Shown here one piece after another: positions 62,223 through 64,000 of a stretch of 64,000 nucleotides of DNA. Numbering within the stretch: the stretch's first letter is position 1; each line of letters starts with the position of its first letter. Where the stretch lies: assembly GCA_043228905.1 (NCBI GenBank), contig JBHGNT010000012.1, forward strand, positions 14,632,001 through 14,696,000, given 5' to 3'. The notes beneath the pieces were generated by a model that worked only from the letters and a program-made list of their open reading frames with translations, was not told the DNA's origin and did not search any database. The translations under genes were made by a program, and so were the position numbers. The stretch is from Azolla caroliniana (taxonomy: Eukaryota > Plantae > Polypodiophyta).

Positions 62223-64000
62223 GATCACGTCCGACGATCAACATATCATCCATATATAGGAGGAGTATCAAGAAATCTCCTCCATCAAATTTCTTCACAA
62301 GCACACAGTGATCGGCATGCGTCTTGTGGTACCCTTGGTCGGTCATGAAGAAGTCGAACTTCCGGTACCATTTCCGGGGAGCTTGCTTCAATCCGTACAG
62401 GCTCTTCTTCAGCCGGCACACTAGGTGCTCCTTCCCTTTCTTCTCAAATCCTTCTGGTTGATGCATGTACATCTCTTCTTCGAGGTCTCCATGTAGGAAT
62501 GCCGTCTTGACGTCCAGTTGCTCTACCTCGAGATCCATGCTTGCCGCTATGCTCAATACCGTCCGGATGGATGTCATTTTTACTACCGGGGAAAAGATCT
62601 CATCGAAGTCTATTCCTTTCTTCTGCTGGAAGCCCTTCACCACGATCCGGGCTTTGTATCTAGGTGGGTTTCTGGCATCTCCCGGTTTCAACTTATACAC
62701 TCACTTGTTCCAAAGTGCCCTCTTTCCTTTCAGCAACTCCATCAATTCATATGTGTGGTTCTCATGCAAGGAATCCATCTCGTCCTGCATGGCACTCAAC
62801 CACTTGCGGCTGTGGGTGTCTCTCTTTGCTTCTTCGAAGCTTTCCGGCTCCCCCTCATCGGTTAGCAACACATGCTCTGCATCCGGAAATCTCCGGGTGA
62901 CCCTTCTCTCTCGGAGAGGATATCTCTTTCCAGGGAGAGCATATCTCCATCCCTGGTTTCTGACCACTGGTGCCTCCGTTTGTTCCTCATCCGAATCCAA
63001 TTCGGGATCTTGACCAGTTCCGGTGTCTTCTTCTTCTTCTTCTTCGGTCGGTTCGGCTTCTTGTCCATATCTGGCCGGTTCATCGAGTGTCATCCGGATA
63101 CCGGATAACATCCGGTTTTCAACCGGGTAAGTCCTTGTGTCCTCAAGCTGGGTTTCATTGGATGATCTGGAGTTCATCACCTTCGTCTCTGACTCCTAGG
63201 TGGCAATGGTCTTGTCTTCCATGAAGACTATGTCTCGACTCCAGAACACCTTCTTGTCGACTAGATCCCACACCCGGTAACCAAACTCATCATCGCCGTA
63301 TCCAAGGTATATGCATGGCCTGGACTTTGAATCCAACTTTGCTCTCTTGTCCTTTGCTACATGCACATATGCGAGACACCCAAACACCTTCAGATGCTGG
63401 TAAGACACGTCCTTACCGGTACATACTCTTTGTGGTGTGTCTCCATCCAATGGGACTGAGGGCGATTTGTTTATCACATAGGTCGCCTTCGTCAGCGCCT
63501 CAGCCCAAAACGTCTTGGGAAACTTTGCATGTGCTAGCATGCTTCGAACTCTCTCCATCACGGTCCGGTTCATCCGTTAGACCAGCCCCTTCAATTCTAG
63601 CATCTTCGGCATGGTGAATTTGAGCCGGATTCGCTTCGACTGGTAGTACTCCTCGAATGGTCCCTGGTATTCTCCTCCATTGTCCGCTTGAACCGCCTTC
63701 AGCTTCCGACCAGTTTCTCTTCCACTCTTGTGTGGAGCTCCTTGAAGACAGATAACACCTGATCCTTTGTCTTCAACGGTGAGATCCACAGCTTCCGGTT
63801 CTGGTCATTTATGAACGTCACGAAGTACTGTGATCCAGCATGTGACTTCGTGTCCACTTGACACACATCGGTAAACACCAGCTCCAGTGGTGCATTCCAT
63901 CTCATCGGTGATGTTGACCAGAAGGATTTTCAGTTTTGCTTGCTAACCAAGCAATCGGTGCACTTCTCAAGTTGCACGTCCTTCACCGGAATGAGATTGT
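62223..64000 (-). mobile_element. Copia-4: Tnt1/Tork-like Copia fragment (INT to mid-RT), same family as Copia-2, running off the window
   Basis: It is near-colinear with 40860-42600. Motifs KARIVVKGFQQKKG, LDVKTAFLHG and YMDDML. Confidence 0.9.

Overview
Eukaryotic plant DNA, probably from a non-seed plant such as a fern (inferred from Tcn1-type chromoviruses and moss-type gypsy elements beside an EPFL gene). The first ~12 kb is AT-rich. It holds the 3' end of a LINE and one host gene, a three-exon EPF/EPFL Cys-rich signalling peptide on the minus strand, whose last splice acceptor has been tandemly amplified eight times. From 12 kb to the end the window is a nest of LTR retrotransposons, most resolved here by LTRs, PBS/PPT and target-site duplications. 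They comprise Tcn1-like chromoviruses, two Copia families, one non-chromovirus gypsy with a long extra ORF, and an unusual gypsy group (one intact recent copy, one decayed copy, one solo LTR). Four signals stand out. (1) Antisense tRNA-like Pol III cassettes (A box plus B box at tRNA spacing, some with an oligo-T terminator) sit in the U3 of four different LTR families. (2) Two chromovirus families have Tf1-style self-priming PBSs that co-vary with the predicted transcript start. (3) The unusual gypsy group has a tRNA-Trp PBS, 4-bp TSDs at ACG(C/G) sites, an FLDD RT motif, and a -1 frameshift plus pseudoknot after the protease. (4) One ORF is a Copia/Gypsy RT chimera. All calls were made by eye and no database searches were run.
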